From NCBI GenBank assembly GCA_964348225.1, contig CAYGBM010000035.1, positions 9,425 to 73,424 on the forward strand: a stretch of 64,000 nucleotides of DNA, given 5' to 3'. Origin of the DNA: an uncultured Candidatus Saccharibacteria bacterium (GTDB lineage: Bacteria > Patescibacteriota > Minisyncoccia > Minisyncoccales > CG1-02-41-26). A program made the position numbers and the translations under genes. The notes under the pieces were generated by a model. It saw only the letters and a list, made by a program, of their open reading frames with translations, was not told the origin of the DNA and did no database searches. Shown piece after piece: positions 47,154 to 56,100 of the stretch. Position 1 is the first letter of the stretch. Every line of letters starts with the position of its first letter.

Positions 47154-47454
47154 AGTAGAAGTTTTTTAAAATTTTTCTTGGGAAAAATTTAGCTAGTTTA
47201 ATACTATATTATCAACCTATCAATATCATATTACAAGCCTGCTTTAAAATCAATAAAAAATTGCTCTTTGTGGGAAACTTGAGGATAACCTGTGTAAAAT
47301 CTAAAGAAGTTATTAAAACTTTTTTTCCAGATATTACATTTTTTTCTTTCTTTACCTAATCTGAAAAAAATACAAAAGTTTTTCAGCGACACCAGCTTTT
47401 CTCTTAGCTCAAAACAGCAAGCCTGGCAGGTAATCGAAGAAGCGAAAATTTCTT

Positions 47455-47483
47455 TTGGTATTTTATTATTAATCTGGTATACT
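47455..47483 (+). promoter_or_regulatory. sigma70-like promoter (TTGGTA-17 bp-TATACT) reading toward rpmH
   Basis: -35 at 47455-47460, -10 at 47478-47483. About 215 nt upstream of the rpmH ATG. Confidence 0.4.
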
Positions 47484-47489
47484 AAAGAA

Positions 47490-47698
47490 TCCGTTAGCGA
47501 CCCTTCACCCGAGGCTTTGGGTGAAGAGGAGCTTACGAAGGCTTTATCCGCCGAAACGCAGTGTAGGCGGATACATGGAATACAAGAATTACCCGACCAC
47601 CCTCCTTTACTTCGTTTCGGAGGGTGTAAGAACTCGTAAATTCACCCTATACCAAATTTGCTATACAAATTTGGTCGGGTTCATTAACGATTTCCAAC
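47490..47698 (+). ncRNA. highly structured ~200-nt rpmH leader / candidate cis-regulatory or small RNA
   Basis: Multiple nested inverted repeats: cttcaccc-gaggcttt-gggtgaag; atccgcc...ggcggat; accctcc...ggagggt; accaaattt-gctatac-aaatttggt. Long-range acccgacc (47591) pairs with ggtcgggt (47673). No match to RNase P, SRP or tmRNA consensus. Confidence 0.3.
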
Positions 47699-47833
47699 AT
47701 GAGCGTTACTTATAAACCAAAAAAGAAAAAGCGGAAGAGGGTCCACGGTTTTTTAAAAAGAATGAGGACAAAAAGTGGCAGAAGGATTGTTGCTCAGAGA
47801 AGAAGAAAAAAAAGGAAGAGAATTTCAGTTTAG
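47699..47833 (+). CDS. rpmH: 50S ribosomal protein L34
   Basis: [44 protein letters not shown]. Not in ORF track (44 aa). Coordinates +-2. Confidence 0.85.
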   Translation: MSVTYKPKKKKRKRVHGFLKRMRTKSGRRIVAQRRRKKRKRISV

Positions 47834-48006
47834 AAAGCCTCGGTAAATTTTCAATTTACAATTTTCAATTTTCAATGAAATTCTAATTTTCAATTATTTA
47901 ATTTTCAAACACTTTACTTTGTTCAGTGTAAACGGTTTGAAAATTGGAAATTTAGACATTGAAAATTCATTGGAAATTGGTTCTTGGAAATTGGAAATTA
48001 TGTGAA
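47834..48006. repeat. ~175-bp hairpin-forming repeat element, copy B; inverted relative to copy A
   Basis: See copy A. Inserted between rpmH and rnpA, which are usually adjacent. Confidence 0.7.
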
Positions 48007-48357
48007 ATGCTGCCAAAGGCTCATCGTCTTAAAAAAGAGAAAGACTTCCAAGAAGTGATGAAGCAAGGAAGGACAGTAAGTAAAGCTTTTTTGATTTTAA
48101 AATTCAGGAAGAACGATTTAGCAGTAACAAGAATAGGCTTTGTGGTCAGCCAAAAGATTTCCAAGCGAGCAACCATAAGAAACAGGGTTAAGCGAAGATT
48201 AAAAGGTTTAGCAAGAAGCAGTTTGCCAAGGCTAAGGTCTGGTTATGACTTAATCTTTTTTACCAAGAAAGGAATCGAAGAAAAAAACTTCCGGGAGGTT
48301 GAAATAGCAGCAAAGAGCTTATTAGAAAAAGCCGGGCTGCTCATCGGTAAATCTTAA
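48007..48357 (+). CDS. rnpA: ribonuclease P protein component
   Basis: [24 protein letters not shown]...[13 protein letters not shown]. The track start at 47959 lies inside the repeat element and is rejected. Confidence 0.85.
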   Translation: MLPKAHRLKKEKDFQEVMKQGRTVSKAFLILKFRKNDLAVTRIGFVVSQKISKRATIRNRVKRRLKGLARSSLPRLRSGYDLIFFTKKGIEEKNFREVEIAAKSLLEKAGLLIGKS

Positions 48358-48370
48358 ATCTTTAATCTTA

Positions 48371-48592
48371 ATGACGCAGAAAATAACCCAAAAAATATTT
48401 TTAAAAGCTGTTAGGCTTTATCAACTTTTAATCTCTCCTTTGCTGGGACCGCGCTGTAAGTTTTATCCCTCTTGTTCTGAATACAGTATTTTGGCAATCA
48501 GAGAACATGGAATATTGAAGGGGATTGTTTTGTCTTGCTGGAGAATATTGCGATGCGCTCCCTGGAGTGAGGGAGGAGTAGATTTGCCGTAA
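48371..48592 (+). CDS. yidD: membrane protein insertion efficiency factor YidD
   Basis: [54 protein letters not shown]. Confidence 0.9.
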   Translation: MTQKITQKIFLKAVRLYQLLISPLLGPRCKFYPSCSEYSILAIREHGILKGIVLSCWRILRCAPWSEGGVDLP

Positions 48593-48593
48593 T

Positions 48594-48692
48594 TAAGAAT
48601 TAAAAATTAATAATTAAGAATTTAATTAAAAGTTAAAAGTTTTCGATTGTTGATGTAATTCTTAACTTTTAATTCTTAATTATTAATTTATT
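48594..48692. repeat. AT-rich palindromic element (aattaagaatt / aattcttaatt family), complete hairpin copy
   Basis: aattaagaattaaaaattaataattaagaatttaattaaaagttaaaag - loop - cttaacttttaattcttaattattaatt. Further copies at 50047-50168, and split around the 59449-59823 gene. Confidence 0.7.
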
Positions 48693-48695
48693 GTT

Positions 48696-49502
48696 GTGAA
48701 CCCTCTCATTAGATTTTTTACCATAATATTATATCAGCCACTCTTTAACCTTTTGATACTCATATATGTCTATTTTCCAGGGCATGATTTTGGAGTGGCG
48801 GTGATTCTTTTGACCCTAATTATCAGGCTAATTCTTCATCCTTTCTCCAGAAAGGCAATTGTTTCTCAAAAAGCATTGGGCTTGTTGCAGCCGAAGATTA
48901 AAGAGCTTCAGCAAAAGTATAAGAATGACAAAGCCCAACAAACAAAAGCAATAATGGAGTTGTACAAGAAAGAGAAGATTAGTCCTATGTCTGGCTGCTT
49001 TCCTATCCTCTTGCAGTTGCCCATTCTTATTGCCCTTTACCAGGTCTTCTTGAGGGGATTTGGGCCAGAAATTTTAAGCACTTATCTTTATGGCCCGGTG
49101 CCTAATCCCGGCGAATTCATCCCGACTTTTTTGGGAATTATTAATTTGGCTGAACCTAATTTAATTTTAGCAATACTGGCTGGGGCTTTACAGTTTTTTC
49201 AGTCGAAGATTTCAATGAAGATGCAGCAGGGTAAGAGGAAATCAGGCAAAAAAGACATTTCTTCAATGATGCAAAAGCAGATGTTGTATTTCTTGCCCCT
49301 TCTGACTGTTTTTCTTGTTTGGAGGTTTGGGGCGATTATCGGGCTTTATTGGGTGGTTAGCACCGCCTTTGCAATTGGAGAACATTATTTAGTAAAATTC
49401 AAAGCTCAAAACCCTTCGAAGCAGGGCAAGTCCACCAAGGGGCTGGCAAAAAGCGAGCTTAGTTCCGAGCCTAGTTCCAGGGAAACTACGTCTCAAAAGT
49501 AA
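48696..49502 (+). CDS. yidC: membrane protein insertase YidC (short form)
   Basis: 268 aa, 5 TM. Conserved LLQLPILIALYQVF and GLYWVVS segments. Confidence 0.85.
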   Translation: MNPLIRFFTIILYQPLFNLLILIYVYFPGHDFGVAVILLTLIIRLILHPFSRKAIVSQKALGLLQPKIKELQQKYKNDKAQQTKAIMELYKKEKISPMSGCFPILLQLPILIALYQVFLRGFGPEILSTYLYGPVPNPGEFIPTFLGIINLAEPNLILAILAGALQFFQSKISMKMQQGKRKSGKKDISSMMQKQMLYFLPLLTVFLVWRFGAIIGLYWVVSTAFAIGEHYLVKFKAQNPSKQGKSTKGLAKSELSSEPSSRETTSQK

Positions 49503-49529
49503 AAACCTTTACTTGAGATAACTCTCTTT

Positions 49530-49985
49530 ATGGATAAAAAAAGTCAAAAACAAGCAGAAAAAATAATCAAGGAGTTTTTTGAAAAGATGGGCTTTGAAGT
49601 AGAGATTGATTCTCAGGAGTTAATAGACAATACCTTGTCGTTTAACCTGCTGGCGAAAGAGCCCCAGATTATAATCGGAGAGAAAGGAAAAACGCTTATT
49701 GAAATCCAAAAAGTCTTGGGGAAGATGCTGCGCAAGAAACTAGAGGAACAGGTTTATCTTGACCTTGACATAAACCAATACAAAAAGAACAAGACCAAAT
49801 ACCTGAAAGAGCTGGCCCAAGAATTGGCCAACAGGGTGGCTCTGGAAAAGAGGGAGCGGCCTCTCTTTCCCATGTCAGCTTATGAAAGGCGGATTATCCA
49901 CACAGAACTTGCAGGGAGGGAAGATGTTACAACAGAAAGCAGGGGCGAGGGGCTAGAGAGAAGGGTGGTAATAAAACCAGCCTAG
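49530..49985 (+). CDS. jag: RNA-binding protein Jag/KhpB (KH + R3H)
   Basis: KH-like IIGEKGKTLIEIQKVLGKMLRK. R3H ERPLFPMSAYERRIIHTELAG. Canonical position after yidC. Confidence 0.85.
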   Translation: MDKKSQKQAEKIIKEFFEKMGFEVEIDSQELIDNTLSFNLLAKEPQIIIGEKGKTLIEIQKVLGKMLRKKLEEQVYLDLDINQYKKNKTKYLKELAQELANRVALEKRERPLFPMSAYERRIIHTELAGREDVTTESRGEGLERRVVIKPA

Positions 49986-50046
49986 TTTCTGTTCCGGTTG
50001 ATTTGTGGTAGGATATAATAAGAGTTATTAGGGCTTTTAGTATTGA

Positions 50047-50168
50047 AACAAGGATTAATTAAGAATTAAAAATTAACAATTAAGAATTAAATTTAAAATT
50101 AAAAATTACAACCTCTTAAAAGAAATTCTTAATTAAATTTTTAACTTTTAATTCTTAATTTTTAATTC
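50047..50168. repeat. AT-rich palindromic element, second complete copy
   Basis: aattaagaattaaaaattaacaattaagaattaaatttaaaattaaaaatt - loop - attcttaattaaatttttaacttttaattcttaatttttaatt. Confidence 0.7.
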
Positions 50169-50295
50169 GATGCCCGAGCGAACCCCTCACTTGCTTACAG
50201 GTAAGGGGGAGCGAGGGTGAAGGAGTACGCAGTTCAGGGTTCCAAAGTATTTAGAAAGAGAATCAACCATTGCCTTTGGTTTAACATTTAAAAGC

Positions 50296-50634
50296 TTGGC
50301 TGTTTTGGGGGCTTTGGGGGTGGTGTTATTTCTTCTTTGGTATGTACTTCCAAAGATTATCTTCTTTGTGGTGGTTTTCTTTGTGCTGGCTTTATTTATG
50401 GTGCTTAACTTCCTGAAGATTGAGGGCCAGAAAGTTTATGAAATCTTAACGACCTCCTTTAGCTTCCTTTTTTCCAAGAGAAAATATCTTTGGCAGAAGA
50501 AAGAAGGGTTAAAACCCATAAAGGTTGTAAGAAAAAGAAAAAAAGAAAAAAAGAAAGAGGAAGCTCCCTTAAGACTTGCTCCAAAGAGCAGACTGGGGCA
50601 AATCAAGTCAAAAATAGAGCTTGGACCAAAATGA
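50296..50634 (+). CDS. VirB3-like small membrane protein (TTG start)
   Basis: 112 aa. Two N-terminal TM helices and a lysine-rich tail. Stop overlaps the start of the VirB4 N-domain ORF (ATGA). Position immediately upstream of VirB4 is typical of VirB3-like proteins. Confidence 0.45.
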   Translation: MAVLGALGVVLFLLWYVLPKIIFFVVVFFVLALFMVLNFLKIEGQKVYEILTTSFSFLFSKRKYLWQKKEGLKPIKVVRKRKKEKKKEEAPLRLAPKSRLGQIKSKIELGPK

Positions 50635-51266
50635 GACTAGCTGCCCAATCTTTTTTACAATTTGACCAGATTAGGGAAGGGGTAATTGTGCTGAAGAACA
50701 AAGCCTTGAGAGGGATCTTGATGGTGTCTTCGGTAAACTTTGAATTGAAGTCAGCAGAAGAACAAGACGCCATCATTTTTCAGTTCCAGAATTTTTTGAA
50801 TTCCTTAGACTTTTCCTGTCAAATCATCATTCAATCAAGAAGACTCAACATCACCGGCTATTTTGAGAAGTTAAAAGAGCTTGAACGAGGGCAAAAGAAT
50901 GAGCTGTTAAAAATCCAGACCATTGAGTACCGAAAGTTTGTGGAAAAACTGGTGGCTAAAGGAACCATCATGACAAAACAGTTTTTTGTTGTTGTGCCCT
51001 ATACCATAGGCGAAATGCGGGGTATAAAATCTACAACCCCCTTTAAAAAAGGCGTGAGCATGGCTTTGACTGAAGAGGTATTCCAAAGATGTAGAGATCA
51101 GCTTTACCAGCGGATGGAATTTGTGGGCATTGGCTTGAGAAGATCTGGGTTGGGGGTTGTGCCTCTGACCACTCCCGAGCTCATCGAACTCCTTTGGGGC
51201 TGGCACCATCCAAAAGAATCAGAGGTTGGCTATTACCCCGAGATTTTACCAGAGTTTATGAAGTAA
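50631..51266 (+). CDS. virB4: VirB4/TrbE-family ATPase, N-terminal domain encoded as a separate ORF
   Basis: Start at MRLAAQSF. The block LQFDQIREGVIVLKNKALRGILMVSSVNFELKSAEEQDAIIFQFQNFLNSL...QIIIQS is the hallmark N-terminus of Gram-positive-type VirB4 proteins (I-dG-I...NF-L-S-eEQ). Ends 2 nt before the ATPase ORF, in a different frame. Confidence 0.6.
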   Translation: MRLAAQSFLQFDQIREGVIVLKNKALRGILMVSSVNFELKSAEEQDAIIFQFQNFLNSLDFSCQIIIQSRRLNITGYFEKLKELERGQKNELLKIQTIEYRKFVEKLVAKGTIMTKQFFVVVPYTIGEMRGIKSTTPFKKGVSMALTEEVFQRCRDQLYQRMEFVGIGLRRSGLGVVPLTTPELIELLWGWHHPKESEVGYYPEILPEFMK

Positions 51267-51268
51267 TC

Positions 51269-53089
51269 ATGAAACTTCCCTCTTTTTTCAAAAAAGGAAA
51301 AATTATTGAAAAGCTGGAAATCCAACCAGCAGAGATCAAGGTAGAGGACATTATTGCCCCCTCTTCCATTGAGGTAAAGCAGAACTACATTAAGCTGGGC
51401 GAGAGGTTCTGCAAGTCGTTCTTTGTTTTCTCTTACCCAAGGTATCTCTCTGCTGGCTGGCTTTCCCCTGTTGTTAACCTGAATTATTCTCTTGATATCA
51501 GTTTGCACATCCACCCCGTTGACACCGGGGCTGTTTTGAAAAGGCTGCGCAAAAAACTCACTGAAATCCAAGCTGAACTCGGGGAGAGGCAGGAAAAGGG
51601 ACTAATCAGAGACCCAGCTTTGGAGACAGCCTACAAAGATATTGAGCAGCTAAGAGACGAGCTTCAAACAGCCAGAGAAAGGGTTTTTCGCTTAGGGCTT
51701 TACCTTACTGTTTATGGTGATGATGACAAAGAATTAAGAGCGGTTGAAAGCCTTATCAGGTCAATTTTTGAGGCAAGATTAATCTATGTTAAACCAACTC
51801 TAATGAGAGAGAAAAAGGGGTTTTTCTCAACCCTTCCCTATGGGCTGGACCAAATACTGGTTCACACCCCTATGAACACTGCCCCTCTCTCTAGCATGTT
51901 TCCCTTTGTTTCTCCAGACCTGAGCGCCAACGAGGGGATCCTTTATGGCTTGAATATGCACAACAGCTCAATGGTTTTGTTTGATAGGTTCAGCTTAGAG
52001 AACGCGAACATGGTCGCCTTCGCTAAGAGTGGAGCTGGCAAGTCGTATTTCTGCAAGCTGGAAGTGCTTCGTTATCTGATGCAAGACATCGGCGTCATTG
52101 TCATAGACCCGGAGAACGAGTATGAGTTCCTGTCTGATGCTGTTGGTGGGGCTTTCTTTAAAATATCTTTAACCTCTCCTCACCACTTAAACCCTTTTGA
52201 CTTACCACCCGTTGAAGACAGAACACCAGAAGACGTTATAAGAACGAATGTTATTAACCTGGTCGGACTTTTAAGAATAATGCTCGGGGGGCTGACCCCA
52301 ACAGAGGACGCCATAATTGATAGAGCCTTAACTGAAACGTATGCTGCCAAGGACATTACCCCGGACAGTGACCCTTCAACCTGGAAAGACAAAATCCCTA
52401 TAATGTCTGATTTTGAAGCAGTGCTTTCTGGTATGGAGGGGACAGAGTCTTTACTCAAAAGGGTGAGAAAGTTTACCAAGGGGAGTTATGCTGCTTTTTT
52501 TAACAGCCCTTCAAATGTTTCTTTAGACCAGAATCTTATTATATTCGGAATCCGCGACATGGAAGATGAGCTTCGTCCTATGGCAACCTTTATTATCTTG
52601 AGATACATCTGGAATCAAATCAGGTCGGTGATGAAAAAGAGGATTCTGCTGGTTGATGAAGCCTGGTGGTTGATGCAGACAGAGGACGGGGCTTCTTTCT
52701 TGTTTGGTATTTGCAAAAGAGCAAGGAAATACTGGCTGGGCGTTTCAACCATCACTCAGGATGTTTCAGACTTTATGGGGTCAGCCTACGGCAAGCCTAT
52801 TATTACCAACTCTTCTTTGCAGCTTTTAATGAAGCAAAGCCCAGCCACCATTGATGTTGTCCAAAAAACCTTTAATCTGACCGAGGGTGAAAAGAATACT
52901 CTTCTTCAATGCGATGTTGGGGAAGGCATCTTTATCGCTGGACAAAAAAGAGTGGCTTTAAAGGTTATTGCTTCTTACGCTGAAGACCAGTTTATAACAA
53001 GCTCGCCAGAAGAAGTGAAAAAAATTAAAGAAGCCAAAAAGAAAATGATTAAAGAAGGCTACGCCCCACCAAGAAGGGGCATGTCTTAG
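51269..53089 (+). CDS. virB4: VirB4/TrbE-family ATPase, ATPase portion
   Basis: Start at MKLPSFF. FVFSYPRYLSAGWL...LHIHPVD block. Walker A AFAKSGAGKSYF. Walker B RILLVDEAWWLM. C-terminal GICKRARKYWLGVSTITQDVSDF. Confidence 0.8.
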   Translation: MKLPSFFKKGKIIEKLEIQPAEIKVEDIIAPSSIEVKQNYIKLGERFCKSFFVFSYPRYLSAGWLSPVVNLNYSLDISLHIHPVDTGAVLKRLRKKLTEIQAELGERQEKGLIRDPALETAYKDIEQLRDELQTARERVFRLGLYLTVYGDDDKELRAVESLIRSIFEARLIYVKPTLMREKKGFFSTLPYGLDQILVHTPMNTAPLSSMFPFVSPDLSANEGILYGLNMHNSSMVLFDRFSLENANMVAFAKSGAGKSYFCKLEVLRYLMQDIGVIVIDPENEYEFLSDAVGGAFFKISLTSPHHLNPFDLPPVEDRTPEDVIRTNVINLVGLLRIMLGGLTPTEDAIIDRALTETYAAKDITPDSDPSTWKDKIPIMSDFEAVLSGMEGTESLLKRVRKFTKGSYAAFFNSPSNVSLDQNLIIFGIRDMEDELRPMATFIILRYIWNQIRSVMKKRILLVDEAWWLMQTEDGASFLFGICKRARKYWLGVSTITQDVSDFMGSAYGKPIITNSSLQLLMKQSPATIDVVQKTFNLTEGEKNTLLQCDVGEGIFIAGQKRVALKVIASYAEDQFITSSPEEVKKIKEAKKKMIKEGYAPPRRGMS

Positions 53090-53100
53090 TTACTGTTTTA

Positions 53101-56100
53101 ATGCGGCTCACAAATAGCAAAAAGCTTCTCTTAGCTTTGTTGGCTGTTGGCATTTTATTTCAAGCAGGCGTTGTGTTAGCTTTGGAGTATGAATATCCCA
53201 GTCTGCCTGGCATTGGGGTTTTAAAAGAGGACCAGCCGCTCAGCTTTTACATCAAATATTTTGTCAATCTTTTCTTTTACATTGTTGCTGGAGCTTGCGT
53301 GGTGGTTATAATCTTTGGCGGGATTTTGCATATTATAGCTTCTCAAAAGCCTACCACCCTGGTTAAAGCCAGAGAATATATCAGACGAGGCCTTTTAGGT
53401 CTTTTAATTTTGCTCTGTTCTTTTTTGATTCTTTACACTATCAATCCCCAGCTTTTGCTTTTTAAAATAGACCTTGAAGAAGCAAAAATAGCCTTAGCCC
53501 CGGGCGAGAGAGAGCCTGAAGAGCCCAAAAAAGCAGGGTTTTTAGAAGTGATTCCTGGTGAGCTGGTAATGGATTCCCTCCAGTTTCTTCAGGGCAACGC
53601 TACTTTAAGTGAGGAGTTTGTCGGCGATTTCATCGCAGGCCCCGCTTTTCCAGAATATCCCCGTTTTGAAGTGTCTTTTCAAGAAGCCAAGATTTTAGCA
53701 GAGGCGCTAATTGAAAAAACCGAAATTCTGCATAATTCTTTTTGGGAATGCTGTAAGTGCGGCAATTCCTATGTTCATTATTATTTTGAGATGAAGCTGA
53801 GAGGCGCAGAATGCGGGTGCCTGAGCGGAAAAGATGAGATAATCATTGGAGGCAAAGATATAAATATCACAGACCTTGATACATGCGTTAAAGAAATAAG
53901 GGGCTGTCATAGGGAACGGATAGAATCGTGTAAGGCCTGTATAGCTGCAGGAGGAACTCACGATACCTGCTCGGGCTGTGATTTAGATGAAAACACAGCA
54001 GCCTGCGGTCAGCCAAGCGACTGTTGGGCTTGTAAGAATTTCTGCAGCCAGTGCGGGTGCAGTCCTTCCTGCTTGCGACAAAAAGGGTTAAGAGATAAAA
54101 ATGGCAACTTGGTTCCTTTTGGTGCTACCCCAAAAATGATTGATGAAATCATCAGCTATAGAAGGGATGAGATACTCGGGATTGTCAGCAAGGTTCGGGC
54201 TTTAAAAACAAAGGTGGCTGGGGTTCAGCTTACCTTGCACGACAAAGCCTTAAATGTTATCAAGGCTGCCTATATTATGCAGCATGGCGATGATTTCCTT
54301 TTTCAAACCGAGCTTGAGCAGATTAAAAGAGATTTTGAAAAAGGGCTTGTGTTTTTGAAAGATATATTAGCTCAGAGAAGGTTCACTAAGGAGGATGCTT
54401 CCTCGCAGAACATTTTAGCACAAGACAGCCCTGATGATTTTGAAGATGAGCCAGCAGACGATAGTTTGTTTAATGTTGAATTTCTAGTTCAAACATACCC
54501 GAACTGGTTAGCCACTAAAGAAAAGGTTTTAGAGACTAGGGAAAGCTCAAGTTATTTCACTTTCTATATTCCCATCACAGATGAAATCGGCATTTTTCTC
54601 CGCCAAACCTTAAAGCATAACGAGAAAATAAAACAAGAGGCTGAAGCCTCAAGCCTGTATTTGGTTATTGCTGGTTTAACCCCTCAAGAGTTCCAAGCCC
54701 TGATTGCTGAATGCTTCAGAGGGGCTTTTGGCAATGTGGAGCTTGAAACAATATTTACCAAGCAGGAAATGGAAGAGCTCTTTGATATGGTGATGAGTCT
54801 GGGAATAAGCGAAGGCTTGGGGCAGACAGCCCTTGTTAATATTGACTCTGGCAAAATAAGAGAGGAGATTATTAAAGGCATGGAAGAAGAAACAAAAGAC
54901 AGGCTTCGTGAGAAAGCAGCTGTTTCAGCAGCGGTGATGAAGTGCCTGATTGACTATTGCGGTGGGCCAGCAGGGGTCAGCAGAATGAGCGCCTGCGCTG
55001 CTTGTTCAGCTGGTGAGCCTTTGGGTTGTGGTCGGTGCGCCTGCGGTGCAGACATCACCCAAGAAAAGGTTGGAGAGTGGCAAAGCAAATGCGAAAACGA
55101 TATACCAGCTGATTTTATTTCAAGACAGTTGATTAAATTTGTCACAACAGATGTCCAGGCTTTATTGCCAGACTCCATTGAAAAACTGCTTAAAAGCAAA
55201 GTGGAAGAGGTTATTTTTGATAAAGACCTCAGGGAGTTTTACTTAGATAAAAGCCTGCTTGAACTTTTGCAGAGAGGGGCTGGCGGCATTGCTGAAAACG
55301 TTATCCAGGAGGAATTTCCTGAAATCATTAAGCTTTTACAGACCCAGCTTATTACCTTGTTGCCTAATGCTGTTGGCAACCAGTTGGGTAAGGTTGACCA
55401 GTGGCTTACCGACTACTTTGACAAATACGAAGAAATAGTCAACAAACAAATTGATGAATGGGTCGCCTGGCTCACCGGCAAAATTACCGGCTGGATAGAA
55501 GAGAAATTCGGCTCTAAAAAATACGCTGAAGAGGTGCTCAAAACACTTAAAGAAACTGACGCTTTAGCTGTTGAAGACTTTCTTGACAAGTACGCTACTT
55601 ATGAGGAGGTGGTGCTTCAAGGCACTGGAACCCCTTGTTGTGAGGACAAAGATTGTCCTGCTGCTTTGGGGCCAGGCGGAGGGGATCTTGACCAGGAAAA
55701 TCAGTGTAGGGAGGCAACTTCAAAGTGCGATTCTTCAGCACCCGATGGCGAGTGCAAGTTAGTAGAGAAAAAAAGAGGCATTACTTCAAAACAAGATTTT
55801 GTTGAGCACTGCAAAGAAGAATTAGCCAAGTCTGCAGCTCCCGACCAGACCTTGGCTGACATAAGGGTAGCTTGCGAAGGCCCTATGTGGGATAGCGTGG
55901 CTGATGTTGTTGAAAAAGAAAGAGACAGGCAGGTGGTTGAAGCAGTAACCGACCTTGATACCTACACAGATATGCTTAAGGAGTGGGGCGGTGAATTTAA
56001 AAATGTGATGGTAAGTCAGTTCAAGGCATTGCCTGGCCAGTTCTTGGCAGCTGTTGTTGAGATTTCCATTCAAACAGCAGTTGAGTATGTAAGGGTTTGG

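Noticed and set aside
47959-48006. Upstream Met start of the rnpA ORF (MKIHWKLVLGNWKL...)
   Set aside because: These codons are the caattttcaa repeat element itself. The conserved RnpA sequence begins at MLPKAHRL.
48594-50168. Possible CRISPR array from the repeated aattaagaatt units
   Set aside because: The units are arranged as inverted arms of palindromes, not as regularly spaced direct repeats with unique spacers, and there are no cas genes.
50490-50630. Upstream extension of the VirB4 N-domain ORF (MAEERRVKTHKGCKKKKKRKKE...)
   Set aside because: It overlaps the VirB3-like gene out of frame and is Lys-rich junk. The conserved VirB4 N-terminus begins at MRLAAQ with an ATGA coupling overlap.
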